This document shows positions 1 through 8,649 of a stretch of 55,076 bases of DNA, in pieces. The stretch's first letter is position 1. Each line of letters begins with the position of its first letter. A program made the translations under genes and the position numbers. The notes below the pieces were generated by a model. That model saw nothing but the letters and a program-made list of their open reading frames with translations. It did not search any database and was not told where the DNA came from. The stretch is from contig JAHDHO010000001.1 of the NCBI GenBank assembly GCA_020631275.1, positions 10,160 to 65,235 of the forward strand, written 5' to 3'. Origin of the DNA: Polaribacter sp. (GTDB taxonomy: Bacteria; Bacteroidota; Bacteroidia; Flavobacteriales; Flavobacteriaceae).

Positions 1-1519
1 ATTTAAAAATTGCCAACTCAATTCCTATTAAATCTAAAAACGGAATTCCGATTGCCAATATCAGCAACACCAACAAACCTAAATACTGGTTTTTAAATAG
101 TGTTTGTATAAATATTGCTAAGAATGCCCAAACTACATAGTTTAGAAATTTTAAACCAAATAATTCTTGAATGTACAAACCAATTTCATAATTGTAATAA
201 CCTTTGTATGTTTGAAAAAACATACCAGAAACCATTATTACAGCTAGTAAAACCAATTGCATTTTTAAAATAGCGATAAACTTAGAGAATAAAAGTGCCC
301 AGTTTGGTACAGGTGTACTATCAACTAAATGATTAATTTTTGCAATTTTTGCTCTTTGCACCAACATACCTGCATATAAAAAAGTACAAATATTAATTAC
401 AAATAGACTAAAAATATTTCCGCCTCCTAACATTTGCCAAGTTACAGGCAATGTATCTGTTCCAAAAATTTCACTCGAAATAAATAACGTTCCAAAAAGC
501 ATTAAAAGCCCTACAATTAATATTGATATAAATGGTAAACTCTTAAAAATGTATTTAAAATCGATGTTAGACAATTTCCACATCACTTTTAAATTCTGTA
601 AAAATGAGTAATCGTAAGTTACTTTAGGCAAAGTAATTTTGGTAACTCCGCTAAAATTAGATTTTGTTACTCTTTCTGATTTTGGTTTTTTAAATGATAA
701 TGTAACCGCATTTTGTGTAAATTTAAAATACTTGTACACCAAACCAAATATCAAACTAGAGACTAACAACCATAATAAACGGTTGTAAATTACCAATTTT
801 CCTATCGGAATTTGCAATTCGTTTTGTTCTGAAACCGTCCAATATTTTGTATAGTAAGAAGATGCCGAAGAGCCAAAAGGATCTAACATTGCCAACAAAC
901 TTGCTTGCTCTGGATCTGACAAAATACTAGAAATTGCACCTTCTACAAATAACAAAATAATTACTGTAATAAACCCAGCGGTAACATTTCTAGAAAAAGT
1001 AACAACTGCAAAAACCACAGCGCCAAAGAATAATACATTTGGTAAAATATAAACCAAATAGGTTTTTAAGTAGGTTACAAAACTAAAACTTGCAACAATG
1101 TCTTGATTGGTTCCTGGAAAACGAAAACCAATAATCATACCTAACGCAATAACCAATACAATTGCAGAAACAACTACGATACCGCTAAAGAATTTAGCAA
1201 ATAAATAATTGGCTTTTGTAAAAGGATACGAATATAAAATAGTGTGCATTTCACTTTTAAAATCTCGGTAAATAGATACACCGATAATCGAAGGAAATAG
1301 AAAGAAAATTAAAGTTGTAAACCCATTAAATAAACCAGTAATACCGATTGGCGAGTTTACGATTCTAGAAGAACCCATTGTACCTGTAATTCCATCCCAA
1401 ATACCAGCAGATGTTGCAGATAAAAAGAAAGAAATTATTAAAAATATTGAAATATAAATGTAAAAAAGTGGTTTGTTAAACCAATATTTTATCTCTTGTT
1501 TAAAAATTGTAGAAAACAT
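1..1519 (-). CDS. ABC-2 type permease with two membrane repeats, probably the N-terminal part of an ABC permease/M1 aminopeptidase fusion; runs off the window
   Basis: Not in ORF track. ATG at 1519 gives MFSTIFKQEIKYWFNKPLFYIY...IGVSIYRDFKSEMHTILYSYPFTKANYLFAKF...LVDSTPVPNWALLFSKF, with many TM segments. Lies downstream of an ABC ATPase. The peptidase domain would be outside the window. Confidence 0.8.
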   Translation of the reverse strand, partial: MFSTIFKQEIKYWFNKPLFYIYISIFLIISFFLSATSAGIWDGITGTMGSSRIVNSPIGITGLFNGFTTLIFFLFPSIIGVSIYRDFKSEMHTILYSYPFTKANYLFAKFFSGIVVVSAIVLVIALGMIIGFRFPGTNQDIVASFSFVTYLKTYLVYILPNVLFFGAVVFAVVTFSRNVTAGFITVIILLFVEGAISSILSDPEQASLLAMLDPFGSSASSYYTKYWTVSEQNELQIPIGKLVIYNRLLWLLVSSLIFGLVYKYFKFTQNAVTLSFKKPKSERVTKSNFSGVTKITLPKVTYDYSFLQNLKVMWKLSNIDFKYIFKSLPFISILIVGLLMLFGTLFISSEIFGTDTLPVTWQMLGGGNIFSLFVINICTFLYAGMLVQRAKIAKINHLVDSTPVPNWALLFSKFIAILKMQLVLLAVIMVSGMFFQTYKGYYNYEIGLYIQELFGLKFLNYVVWAFLAIFIQTLFKNQYLGLLVLLILAIGIPFLDLIGIELAIFK

Positions 1520-1599
1520 AATGAAATAGTTATTAATTAATTCGTTTTAAATGTTCAGTTCTTTGAGTTTTTTTTTCTAAAACTCGTCATCAAAAACCA

Positions 1600-2490
1600 T
1601 TAACTAGTTAAAACTGTTTCATCTTGTTTTAAAGCAATAAAATACACATCATCTAATTGCGGTGTTGCTGCAATAAACTCTTCCGAAGGCTTTTCTAAAG
1701 CATGTACTCTAATGTTTAATGTATCATCTGAATTAAAATTTCTAGACAAAACGTTATACAACTTCATGTTCTCCTCTAAATCGTCTTTTTCTATTATTTT
1801 GGTCCAAATGGTATTCTCTAATTCTTCGGTTGCTTTTTTTGGTGTACTGTGTTTTAAAATCTTACCACCATTTAAAATTGCCATTTCATTACACAACTCT
1901 TTTACATCTTCTACAATATGAGTAGAAAAAATAACGGTACAATTGCTACCAACCTCTCTTAAAACATTTAAAAAACGATGTCTTTCTGCCGGATCTAAAC
2001 CCGCAGTTGGCTCATCTACAATAATTAATTTAGGATTATTTAAAAGCAATTGAGCAATACCAAAACGCTGTTTCATTCCGCCAGAATAACCCGCAACGTG
2101 TTTGTGTCTTACTTCATATAGATTTGTAATTTCTAACACTTCTTTTACAATTTCTTTTCTTTCTGTTTTGTTAGCAATTCCTTTTAAAGTTGCAAAATAA
2201 TCTAACAATTCATCCGCAGACATTTTAGGATACACGCCAAAAGATTGTGGCAAATACCCCAACACTTTACGTAAAGACATATTATCTTCTAAAACATTAA
2301 TACCACCAAAAGTAATTGAACCAGAATCTGGACTTTGTAACGTTGCAATTGTTCTCATTAAAGAAGATTTACCTGCACCATTTGGTCCTAATAAACCAAA
2401 CATTCCCGTACCAATTTCTATACTTAAATCATCAATAGCTTTTACACCGTTTTTATAAGTTTTGGTTAAATTTTCAATTACTAATTTCAT
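1600..2490 (-). CDS. ABC transporter ATP-binding protein (DrrA/CcmA-like)
   Basis: Walker A GPNGAGKS, signature YSGGMKQR, Walker B IIVDEPTAGLD, H-loop STH. Confidence 0.95.
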   Translation of the reverse strand: MKLVIENLTKTYKNGVKAIDDLSIEIGTGMFGLLGPNGAGKSSLMRTIATLQSPDSGSITFGGINVLEDNMSLRKVLGYLPQSFGVYPKMSADELLDYFATLKGIANKTERKEIVKEVLEITNLYEVRHKHVAGYSGGMKQRFGIAQLLLNNPKLIIVDEPTAGLDPAERHRFLNVLREVGSNCTVIFSTHIVEDVKELCNEMAILNGGKILKHSTPKKATEELENTIWTKIIEKDDLEENMKLYNVLSRNFNSDDTLNIRVHALEKPSEEFIAATPQLDDVYFIALKQDETVLTS

Positions 2491-2500
2491 ATGGTTGGTT

Positions 2501-2917
2501 TTATTTTAATTCTTTTTTTATTTCTATTGAAGTTGATTTTAAAATTTCTCCTTTAATTTCCTCTTTAAATTTTATCAAAACAACATCGTATGTATCTTTT
2601 TTTAAGAGATATTTTTCTGTTTCAATCTTTATAATTTTAGCATATTTTCTAAAAATATCATCAGAAATATTACTTAAATCTTTAGTTTTAAAAGTTAAGG
2701 TTAAACCTTTTTCAGAAATTCCATTTTTTGAAGTTATAGAGGTACCTATAGTTAGTATATCAAAATCTAACGTCTTTTTCAGCTCTTTTTCAAAACCTTT
2801 TTTACCTATTTTAAAATCTGGGTTACTTGCAGAAGTAGAACTGCTGCTTGTTGTTATATTACAACTTGTAAGTGCTAATAATGCCATTATAAAAAAAGCT
2901 TTTATAATATATTTCAT
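2501..2917 (-). CDS. hypothetical lipoprotein
   Basis: Preferred ATG at 2917 gives MKYIIKAFFIMALLALTSC (lipobox LTSC) followed by a Ser/Thr-rich linker. Confidence 0.7.
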   Translation of the reverse strand: MKYIIKAFFIMALLALTSCNITTSSSSTSASNPDFKIGKKGFEKELKKTLDFDILTIGTSITSKNGISEKGLTLTFKTKDLSNISDDIFRKYAKIIKIETEKYLLKKDTYDVVLIKFKEEIKGEILKSTSIEIKKELK

Positions 2918-3057
2918 ATTTATTTTTTTACTTTCTATAAGTGTAAAAGTAAGCACTTTTGTTACACTATTTTGTGATTTTTTTAATGGAAATGCTAAAA
3001 AATGGTATTATTTTTACATCTATCAAGAAAAAATCAATTTTTATAAATTTATAAATA

Positions 3058-4146
3058 ATGGCTAAAAAATCAATTTTAAATAAAAATTCACTTACATTTT
3101 TAGAAAAATATTTAAACAATGCTGCACCAACTGGTTACGAATGGGAAGGTCAGAAAATTTGGATGGATTATCTAAAACCTTATGTTGATACATTTATTAC
3201 AGATACATACGGTTCTGCGGTTGGTGTTATTAACCCAGATGCAAAATACAAAGTTGTAATTGAAGGGCATGCAGATGAAATTTCTTGGTATGTTAATTAT
3301 ATTTCTGATAACGGTTTAATTTATGTAATTAGAAACGGTGGATCAGATCATCAAATTGCACCAAGTAAAATTGTTAACATTCACACTAAAAACGGAATTG
3401 TAAAGGGTGTCTTTGGTTGGCCTGCAATTCATACAAGAAATAAATCGAATGAAGAAGCACCAAAACCAGACAATATTTTTATTGATACAGGATGTGCTAC
3501 AAAAGAAGAAGTAGAAGCTTTAGGCGTGCATGTTGGTTGTGTAATTACATACCCAGATGAGTTTCACATTTTAAACGGAGACAAGTTTGTTTGTAGAGCT
3601 TTAGACAACAGAATGGGTGGTTTTATGATTGCAGAAGTTGCGCGTTTATTAAAAGAAAACAAAAAAGATTTACCGTTTGGATTGTACATTACAAACTCTG
3701 TACAAGAAGAGATTGGCTTGCGTGGTGCAGAAATGATTACCCAAACCATAAAACCCAATGTTGCTATTGTTACAGACGTAACACATGACACAACTACGCC
3801 AATGATAGAGCCTAAAAAAGCAGGTCTTTTAGAAATTGGAAAAGGGCCAGTTGTTGCTTATGCACCTGCGGTTCAACAAAAATTAAGAGATTTAATTACA
3901 GAAACTGCAGAAGCTAAAAAAATTCCTTTTCAGCGTTCTGCACTTTCTAGAGCAACTGGTACAGACACAGATGCATTTGCTTACAGTAACGGTGGCGTAG
4001 CATCAGCATTAATTTCTTTACCATTAAGATATATGCACACAACTGTAGAAATGGTGCATAGAGAAGATGTAGAAAATGTAATTAGAATGATTTACGAAAC
4101 GCTTTTAAATATTAAAGACGGAGAAACTTTTTCTTACTTCGAATAA
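3058..4146 (+). CDS. M42 family metallo-aminopeptidase (FrvX/TET-like)
   Basis: GHADEI, RALDNR, VQEEIGLRGA, DVT, GTDTD, PLRYMHT motifs. Confidence 0.95.
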   Translation: MAKKSILNKNSLTFLEKYLNNAAPTGYEWEGQKIWMDYLKPYVDTFITDTYGSAVGVINPDAKYKVVIEGHADEISWYVNYISDNGLIYVIRNGGSDHQIAPSKIVNIHTKNGIVKGVFGWPAIHTRNKSNEEAPKPDNIFIDTGCATKEEVEALGVHVGCVITYPDEFHILNGDKFVCRALDNRMGGFMIAEVARLLKENKKDLPFGLYITNSVQEEIGLRGAEMITQTIKPNVAIVTDVTHDTTTPMIEPKKAGLLEIGKGPVVAYAPAVQQKLRDLITETAEAKKIPFQRSALSRATGTDTDAFAYSNGGVASALISLPLRYMHTTVEMVHREDVENVIRMIYETLLNIKDGETFSYFE

Positions 4147-4154
4147 AATACTTT

Positions 4155-4200
4155 AATTATGAATTACGAATTTTTAATTACAAATTCGTAATTCATAATT
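4155..4200. repeat. perfect 19-bp inverted repeat built from AATTA(T/C)G heptamers
   Basis: AATTATGAATTACGAATTT (4155-4173), 8-nt loop, AAATTCGTAATTCATAATT (4182-4200). Confidence 0.85.
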
Positions 4201-4207
4201 TTTAAAA

Positions 4208-4753
4208 ATGGATGAACTCTTAGACATATTAACTCCAGAAGGTAAACCAACAGGCAAAACAGCTTTAAAATCTGAGGCGCATAAAAATGGTTGGTTTCAT
4301 GCCACTGTGCATATTTGGCTTTTTACTTCTGATGAAAAAATATTACTTCAAAAAAGAGCTTTAACAAAAAAAGTTTTTCCGGGTTTATGGGACATTTCTG
4401 TTGCAGGACATATTGGTGCAGGAGAAACTATTTTAACATCAGCAAAAAGAGAAGTTTTAGAAGAAATTGGTCTAGAATTAGATGAAAAAGAACTGATTAA
4501 AATTGGTACAAGAATTCATCAAGTTTCTCATAAAAACGGAATTATAGACAACGAACATCATCATATTTTTATTGCAGAATTAAAAGCTCCTTTATCAACT
4601 TTAAAAATTCAAGAAGAAGAAGAAGTTGATGACATTAAATTATTTGATTTATCAGTTTTAAAGGACACAAAAAACCTCGAAAACGTTTTGCTCCCGAGGT
4701 TTCATGAATATTATGTTTCTGTTTATAATAAAATTATTTTACACTTAAAATAA
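4208..4753 (+). CDS. NUDIX hydrolase (IDI type-1-like subfamily)
   Basis: H..GWFHATVH, LLQKRA, FPGLWD, Nudix box GHIGAGE...AKREVLEEIGL. Confidence 0.9.
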   Translation: MDELLDILTPEGKPTGKTALKSEAHKNGWFHATVHIWLFTSDEKILLQKRALTKKVFPGLWDISVAGHIGAGETILTSAKREVLEEIGLELDEKELIKIGTRIHQVSHKNGIIDNEHHHIFIAELKAPLSTLKIQEEEEVDDIKLFDLSVLKDTKNLENVLLPRFHEYYVSVYNKIILHLK

Positions 4754-4790
4754 TCTTATTACCATCTAATTTTAAAAAAAATATCTATTT

Positions 4791-5558
4791 TTATTTTACT
4801 GGCTTTTCATAAAAAGAATCTGCTAATTTAGCTTTACTTATTAAAGGCAAAGTAAATTCTGTAGCTGGTCTTGCTGGTTCTGTTGGCACACTATTTTCGT
4901 CTTTTTTATACCAAGTAATTGCTTTTGGTAAAACTAAACCGTTTACAGTATTCCAATTATTATATCTAATAATATTAAAATTATCGCTTGGTTTTTTAGA
5001 ATTAAACGTTGCTGTATACGCTAACCATTCCATTTGATATGTTTCAGGATTGTAATACAATTTATAATTATCATCTGGAGAACTTCCTTTATCTGCTTTA
5101 AACGAAATTTTAAAACCAGGATAGTTTACTCCTTCAAAAACTAAATCTGCTGTTTTTTCATAAATAATTCCATCGTCTGATAAAACAAAAGGCATTGCAT
5201 AAAAGTAAAAATATAAGTTTGAATAAAATGATGGATTTCCTTTAAAAGTGCCTTCTTCTGCTTCATCTAACCAAACTGTTTTACCATCAAAACCTAAAGA
5301 ATATTTTGGAGATGAGATAACAATTTTTCTAGATTGTAAATCTGATGTAATTGTCTCTTCACCTTTATTAAAAGATAATACTTTAGCGTTTCTCCAAGTA
5401 TCAATTCCTCCATGTTTTTCAAAAACTTTTCCTAACTCTTCTGGAAAACTTTCTTTTTTGATTTCTTTAACTGTATTATTTTCAACAGTCTTTTTTGTTT
5501 CATTTTTACAAGAAACGGCTACAACAGTAATAACTAATAATAAAAGTATTTTTTTCAT
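4791..5558 (-). CDS. lipoprotein, DUF6503-like
   Basis: Lipobox AVSC; HGGIDTW, FYFYAMPFVL, GSSPDDNY motifs. Confidence 0.7.
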   Translation of the reverse strand: MKKILLLLVITVVAVSCKNETKKTVENNTVKEIKKESFPEELGKVFEKHGGIDTWRNAKVLSFNKGEETITSDLQSRKIVISSPKYSLGFDGKTVWLDEAEEGTFKGNPSFYSNLYFYFYAMPFVLSDDGIIYEKTADLVFEGVNYPGFKISFKADKGSSPDDNYKLYYNPETYQMEWLAYTATFNSKKPSDNFNIIRYNNWNTVNGLVLPKAITWYKKDENSVPTEPARPATEFTLPLISKAKLADSFYEKPVK

Positions 5559-5629
5559 AATTTGGTTTAAATTAATTCAATTAAAATTTAAAGTCGTTTT
5601 AACTAAAAAATGATTACACTATTTGTGCA

Positions 5630-7396
5630 TTAAATTTTTGCTTGGTATGTGTACAAGTCAAAATATCTACCTTTTGCTTCAATTAATTCATCATGTGTAC
5701 CTCTTTCTGCTATTTCACCTGCTTCTATTACTAAAATTTGATCTGCTTGTTTAATTGTACTTAATCTATGAGCAATTACAATTGTAGTTCTATCTTTTAC
5801 CAATTCTGATAAACTTTTCTGAATTAAAGACTCACTTTCTGTATCTAAACTAGATGTTGCCTCGTCTAAAATTATAATTTTAGGATCTGCTAAAATTGCT
5901 CTCGCAATTGCCAATCTTTGTCTTTGTCCTCCAGAAAGTTTTACACCTCGTTCACCAATTAAAGTATCTAAACCATTATCAAATCTATCTGTAAATTCAT
6001 TAACATAAGCAGCTTTTACAGCATTTTGTAATTCTGCCTCTGTTGCGTTTGGTCTTGGAAACATAATATTTGCTCTTATGGTTCCTTCAAACAAAAATTC
6101 ATCTTGTAAAACAACACCTAAATGCTTTCTATAACTAGAAAGTTTTACTTTGGACATATCTTGATTATCTATTGTTATTGTACCAGATTTAGGATTTAAA
6201 AAAGTTGCAGATAAACCTGCAATTGTAGATTTACCAGAACCAGAACTACCAACCAAAGCTGTTACAGAACCAGAAGGAACACTAAAGTTAATATTTTTAA
6301 TAACTTCTTTTCCTTCTTCATATTCAAAAGAAACGTTATCAAAAATAACCTCTCCTTTTATGTCGTCTAAAACAACATCTCTTTCTTCATCATCTTCTTC
6401 TGCAGGCATATTCATTAATTCTTCTGTTCTATCTAAACCAGCCAATGCTTCTGTTAACTGGCTACCAATATTACTCATTTGTACAATTGGCGCAACCATA
6501 AATGCTAATAAAAATGTAAATTGAATAAAATCTCCAAAAGTCATAGTTCCTTGCATCATGTAATAACCTCCAATTCCCATGACTCCTGTGGTTGCTAAAC
6601 CTATTAAAAAAGTTGAAGAACTTGTCATTATTGCAGTTGCAGTCATACTTTTTTTCACATTTTGAAAAATATCATCTACACCTTTTTCAAAAATCACACT
6701 TTCTTGTTCTTCGGCATTAAAGGCTTTTATCACTCTTATGCCTCCTAAAGTTTCTGTTAATCGACCTTTTACTTCTGCGTTTATTTTTCCTCTAGCTCTA
6801 AATATAGGTCGAATGTATTTAAAGGATTTTAATGCAATTAAACCAAAAATAGACAAAGGAACAAACGTAAAAAGCGTCATCCAAACATTCATTCTTAATA
6901 AAATTACAAGTGTTACAATTGCTGTAAACGAACCACCAATTAACTGCACCAAACCTGTACCAATAAGATTTCTTACTCCTTCAACATCACTCATAATTCT
7001 AGAAACCAAAGCACCAGATTTTGTGTTATCGAAAAAACTAATTGGTAAAGACAAAACTTTCTTCTGCACTTGGGCTCTTAATTCTGATATTAAATATTGT
7101 GCCTGAATACTTAAAACTTTGGTTAATAAAAACGAAGTAATTGCTTGTACTAAAATTGCGCCAATTACCATTAGAACCAAATTATAAAGCTGATTAAAAT
7201 CTTTATTTGGAACAACTTCGTCCATTAAAACTTTACTTTGTAATGGCAAGACAAAACCAGAAAGACTTCTTATAATTATCAATATCAAACCCAGTAAAAC
7301 CAAGTTTCTTCTTGGCCAAATAATAGTTTTAAAAGCTTGTTTTAAGGTTACTTTTGGCTTGGTTTTACTTTTTTTTGATTCTTTAAAATGTTGCAT
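5630..7396 (-). CDS. ABC exporter, fused permease/ATPase (MsbA/MdlB-like)
   Basis: N-terminal 6-TM domain; GSSGSGKST, LSGGQRQR, ILDEATSSLD, IAHRLST. Confidence 0.95.
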   Translation of the reverse strand: MQHFKESKKSKTKPKVTLKQAFKTIIWPRRNLVLLGLILIIIRSLSGFVLPLQSKVLMDEVVPNKDFNQLYNLVLMVIGAILVQAITSFLLTKVLSIQAQYLISELRAQVQKKVLSLPISFFDNTKSGALVSRIMSDVEGVRNLIGTGLVQLIGGSFTAIVTLVILLRMNVWMTLFTFVPLSIFGLIALKSFKYIRPIFRARGKINAEVKGRLTETLGGIRVIKAFNAEEQESVIFEKGVDDIFQNVKKSMTATAIMTSSSTFLIGLATTGVMGIGGYYMMQGTMTFGDFIQFTFLLAFMVAPIVQMSNIGSQLTEALAGLDRTEELMNMPAEEDDEERDVVLDDIKGEVIFDNVSFEYEEGKEVIKNINFSVPSGSVTALVGSSGSGKSTIAGLSATFLNPKSGTITIDNQDMSKVKLSSYRKHLGVVLQDEFLFEGTIRANIMFPRPNATEAELQNAVKAAYVNEFTDRFDNGLDTLIGERGVKLSGGQRQRLAIARAILADPKIIILDEATSSLDTESESLIQKSLSELVKDRTTIVIAHRLSTIKQADQILVIEAGEIAERGTHDELIEAKGRYFDLYTYQAKI

Positions 7397-7408
7397 AAAA
7401 AATAGTTG

Positions 7409-7423
7409 TCAATTTATATGCCA
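7409..7423 (-). promoter_or_regulatory. sigma54-like -24/-12 motif upstream of the ABC exporter
   Basis: Minus strand TGGCATATAAATTGA; same layout as the motif upstream of lon. Confidence 0.4.
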
Positions 7424-7447
7424 TAAAGAAGAAATATGACAGATTTA

Positions 7448-7455
7448 CAAAGTTA
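7448..7455 (-). promoter_or_regulatory. Bacteroidota housekeeping -7 element for the ABC exporter
   Basis: Minus strand TAACTTTG matches TAnnTTTG. Confidence 0.55.
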
Positions 7456-7532
7456 CAATAAACAATAAATCTTAATGGTTTTAATACCGAAAGAACTTAC
7501 TCTAAACGTAAATACATATAAATTAAAACTTT

Positions 7533-7575
7533 AACTCAAATAAAAACGTGAGTTTCATTTTTTTTTTTACATTTG
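7533..7575 (+). promoter_or_regulatory. promoter of the peptide-GLPGLI cassette: palindrome, T11 tract and -7 element
   Basis: AACTCA-N10-TGAGTT (7533-7554), T run 7558-7568, TACATTTG (7568-7575). Confidence 0.55.
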
Positions 7576-7688
7576 GATATCTTCCATCAAAATTATTTTG
7601 TGGAAGAGAAGAAAAAATTGCTTTCTTTCATTACAATTTAAAATTAAACTTTACGCCAAACATTGGTTTGTAATCTAGTACAAATTAT

Positions 7689-7895
7689 TTAAAAGTAATT
7701 TTAACACTTGCTTTTATAGCGGGTATTACAACAATGAATGCGAATACAAATATTCAAAATAATGATCCAGAGGATGATTGTATTGCATATGCATGTGAAG
7801 AACTTAGTGCTTTTGAAGATGATCTTGGAGATTTTACAGAGGCTGAAGCAGATTCAATAGTAGACTTTTACTATAAGGATTGTATGGGTAAATAA
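7689..7895 (+). CDS. unannotated small acidic Cys-containing peptide with signal-peptide-like N-terminus; start uncertain (in-frame ATG only at 7734), possibly a pseudogene
   Basis: Frame open from 7674 to TAA 7893-7895: (L)KVILTLAFIAGITTMNA-NTNIQNNDPEDDCIAYACEELSAFEDDLGDFTEAEADSIVDFYYKDCMGK. It sits between a -7 promoter and a terminator-like hairpin. Confidence 0.7.
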   Translation, partial: LKVILTLAFIAGITTMNANTNIQNNDPEDDCIAYACEELSAFEDDLGDFTEAEADSIVDFYYKDCMGK

Positions 7896-7910
7896 CTAAA
7901 AATAAGTATC

Positions 7911-7938
7911 GGGAATGGCATAAAATCCATTCCCTTTT
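7911..7938 (+). terminator. terminator-like or stabilising hairpin between the peptide gene and the first GLPGLI gene
   Basis: GGGAATGG-cataaaat-CCATTCCC-TTTT. Confidence 0.65.
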
Positions 7939-7949
7939 AAAAACTAAAC

Positions 7950-8645
7950 ATGAAAAAAACAATCCTGATATTAATACTTTTTTATATAACAACTATTAAT
8001 TGTCAAAATGGTATAATTATATATAAAACAAAATCTATAAACCTTAATACGGATAAAAACAAAACAAAGGCAAAAGCAATAAAAACAGAAATAGATTTAA
8101 TGAAATTTAAATTATTTTTTGATAGTGAAAAATCTTATTTTAAATCTGAAAAAAACATACCAATAAACCCTTTAATGCAAAAATTAGCTACAGTTGTTAT
8201 TGGTTCTACTTTTAACAGTTATCAATATAATAAAAGCAAACTTTCTTTAATAAACATTAAAATATTTGACACCATTTATAAGGTTAATTTTTCTGAAAAA
8301 AACATGAAGAATTGGAAATTATTTAATGAGACTAAAATTATAGATGGGTTTGAATGTTACAAAGCTGAAAAAACCATAAATATTAATAGAACAGGTGGTA
8401 AAAGAAAATATACAGCTTGGTATACAACAAATATAGCTTTACCATACGGACCATCGGGTATGGGAGGTTTACCTGGTTTAATATTAGAATTACAAATAGG
8501 TAATAGAGCCATCTACATCGTAGATAAAATACTACTAAACCCTAAAATAAATATTAAAGTAGAAAAAATTAAGGATGGTAAAACAATTACCGTAAAAGAA
8601 ATGGTAGACCTTAGAAGAAAAGAGAGGAAATATACAAAAGACTAA
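7950..8645 (+). CDS. GLPGLI family protein (paralogue 1)
   Basis: Signal peptide; WKLFNETKIIDGFECYKA, AWYTTNIALPYGP, GGLPGLILEL. Confidence 0.92.
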   Translation: MKKTILILILFYITTINCQNGIIIYKTKSINLNTDKNKTKAKAIKTEIDLMKFKLFFDSEKSYFKSEKNIPINPLMQKLATVVIGSTFNSYQYNKSKLSLINIKIFDTIYKVNFSEKNMKNWKLFNETKIIDGFECYKAEKTININRTGGKRKYTAWYTTNIALPYGPSGMGGLPGLILELQIGNRAIYIVDKILLNPKINIKVEKIKDGKTITVKEMVDLRRKERKYTKD

Positions 8646-8649
8646 CGTT

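Noticed and set aside
4611-4624. (GAA)4 microsatellite in the NUDIX gene
   Set aside because: Short in-frame Glu run; cannot shift the frame.
5630-7396. Divergent ABC exporter as the peptide's dedicated transporter
   Set aside because: No peptidase domain, it looks like a core gene, and the peptide has a Sec-like signal; adjacency is the only link.
7598-7678. TTG-started 26-codon ORF (MWKRRKNCFL...) in the cassette leader
   Set aside because: Short, starts inside the 5' hairpin, no recognisable features; consistent with chance.
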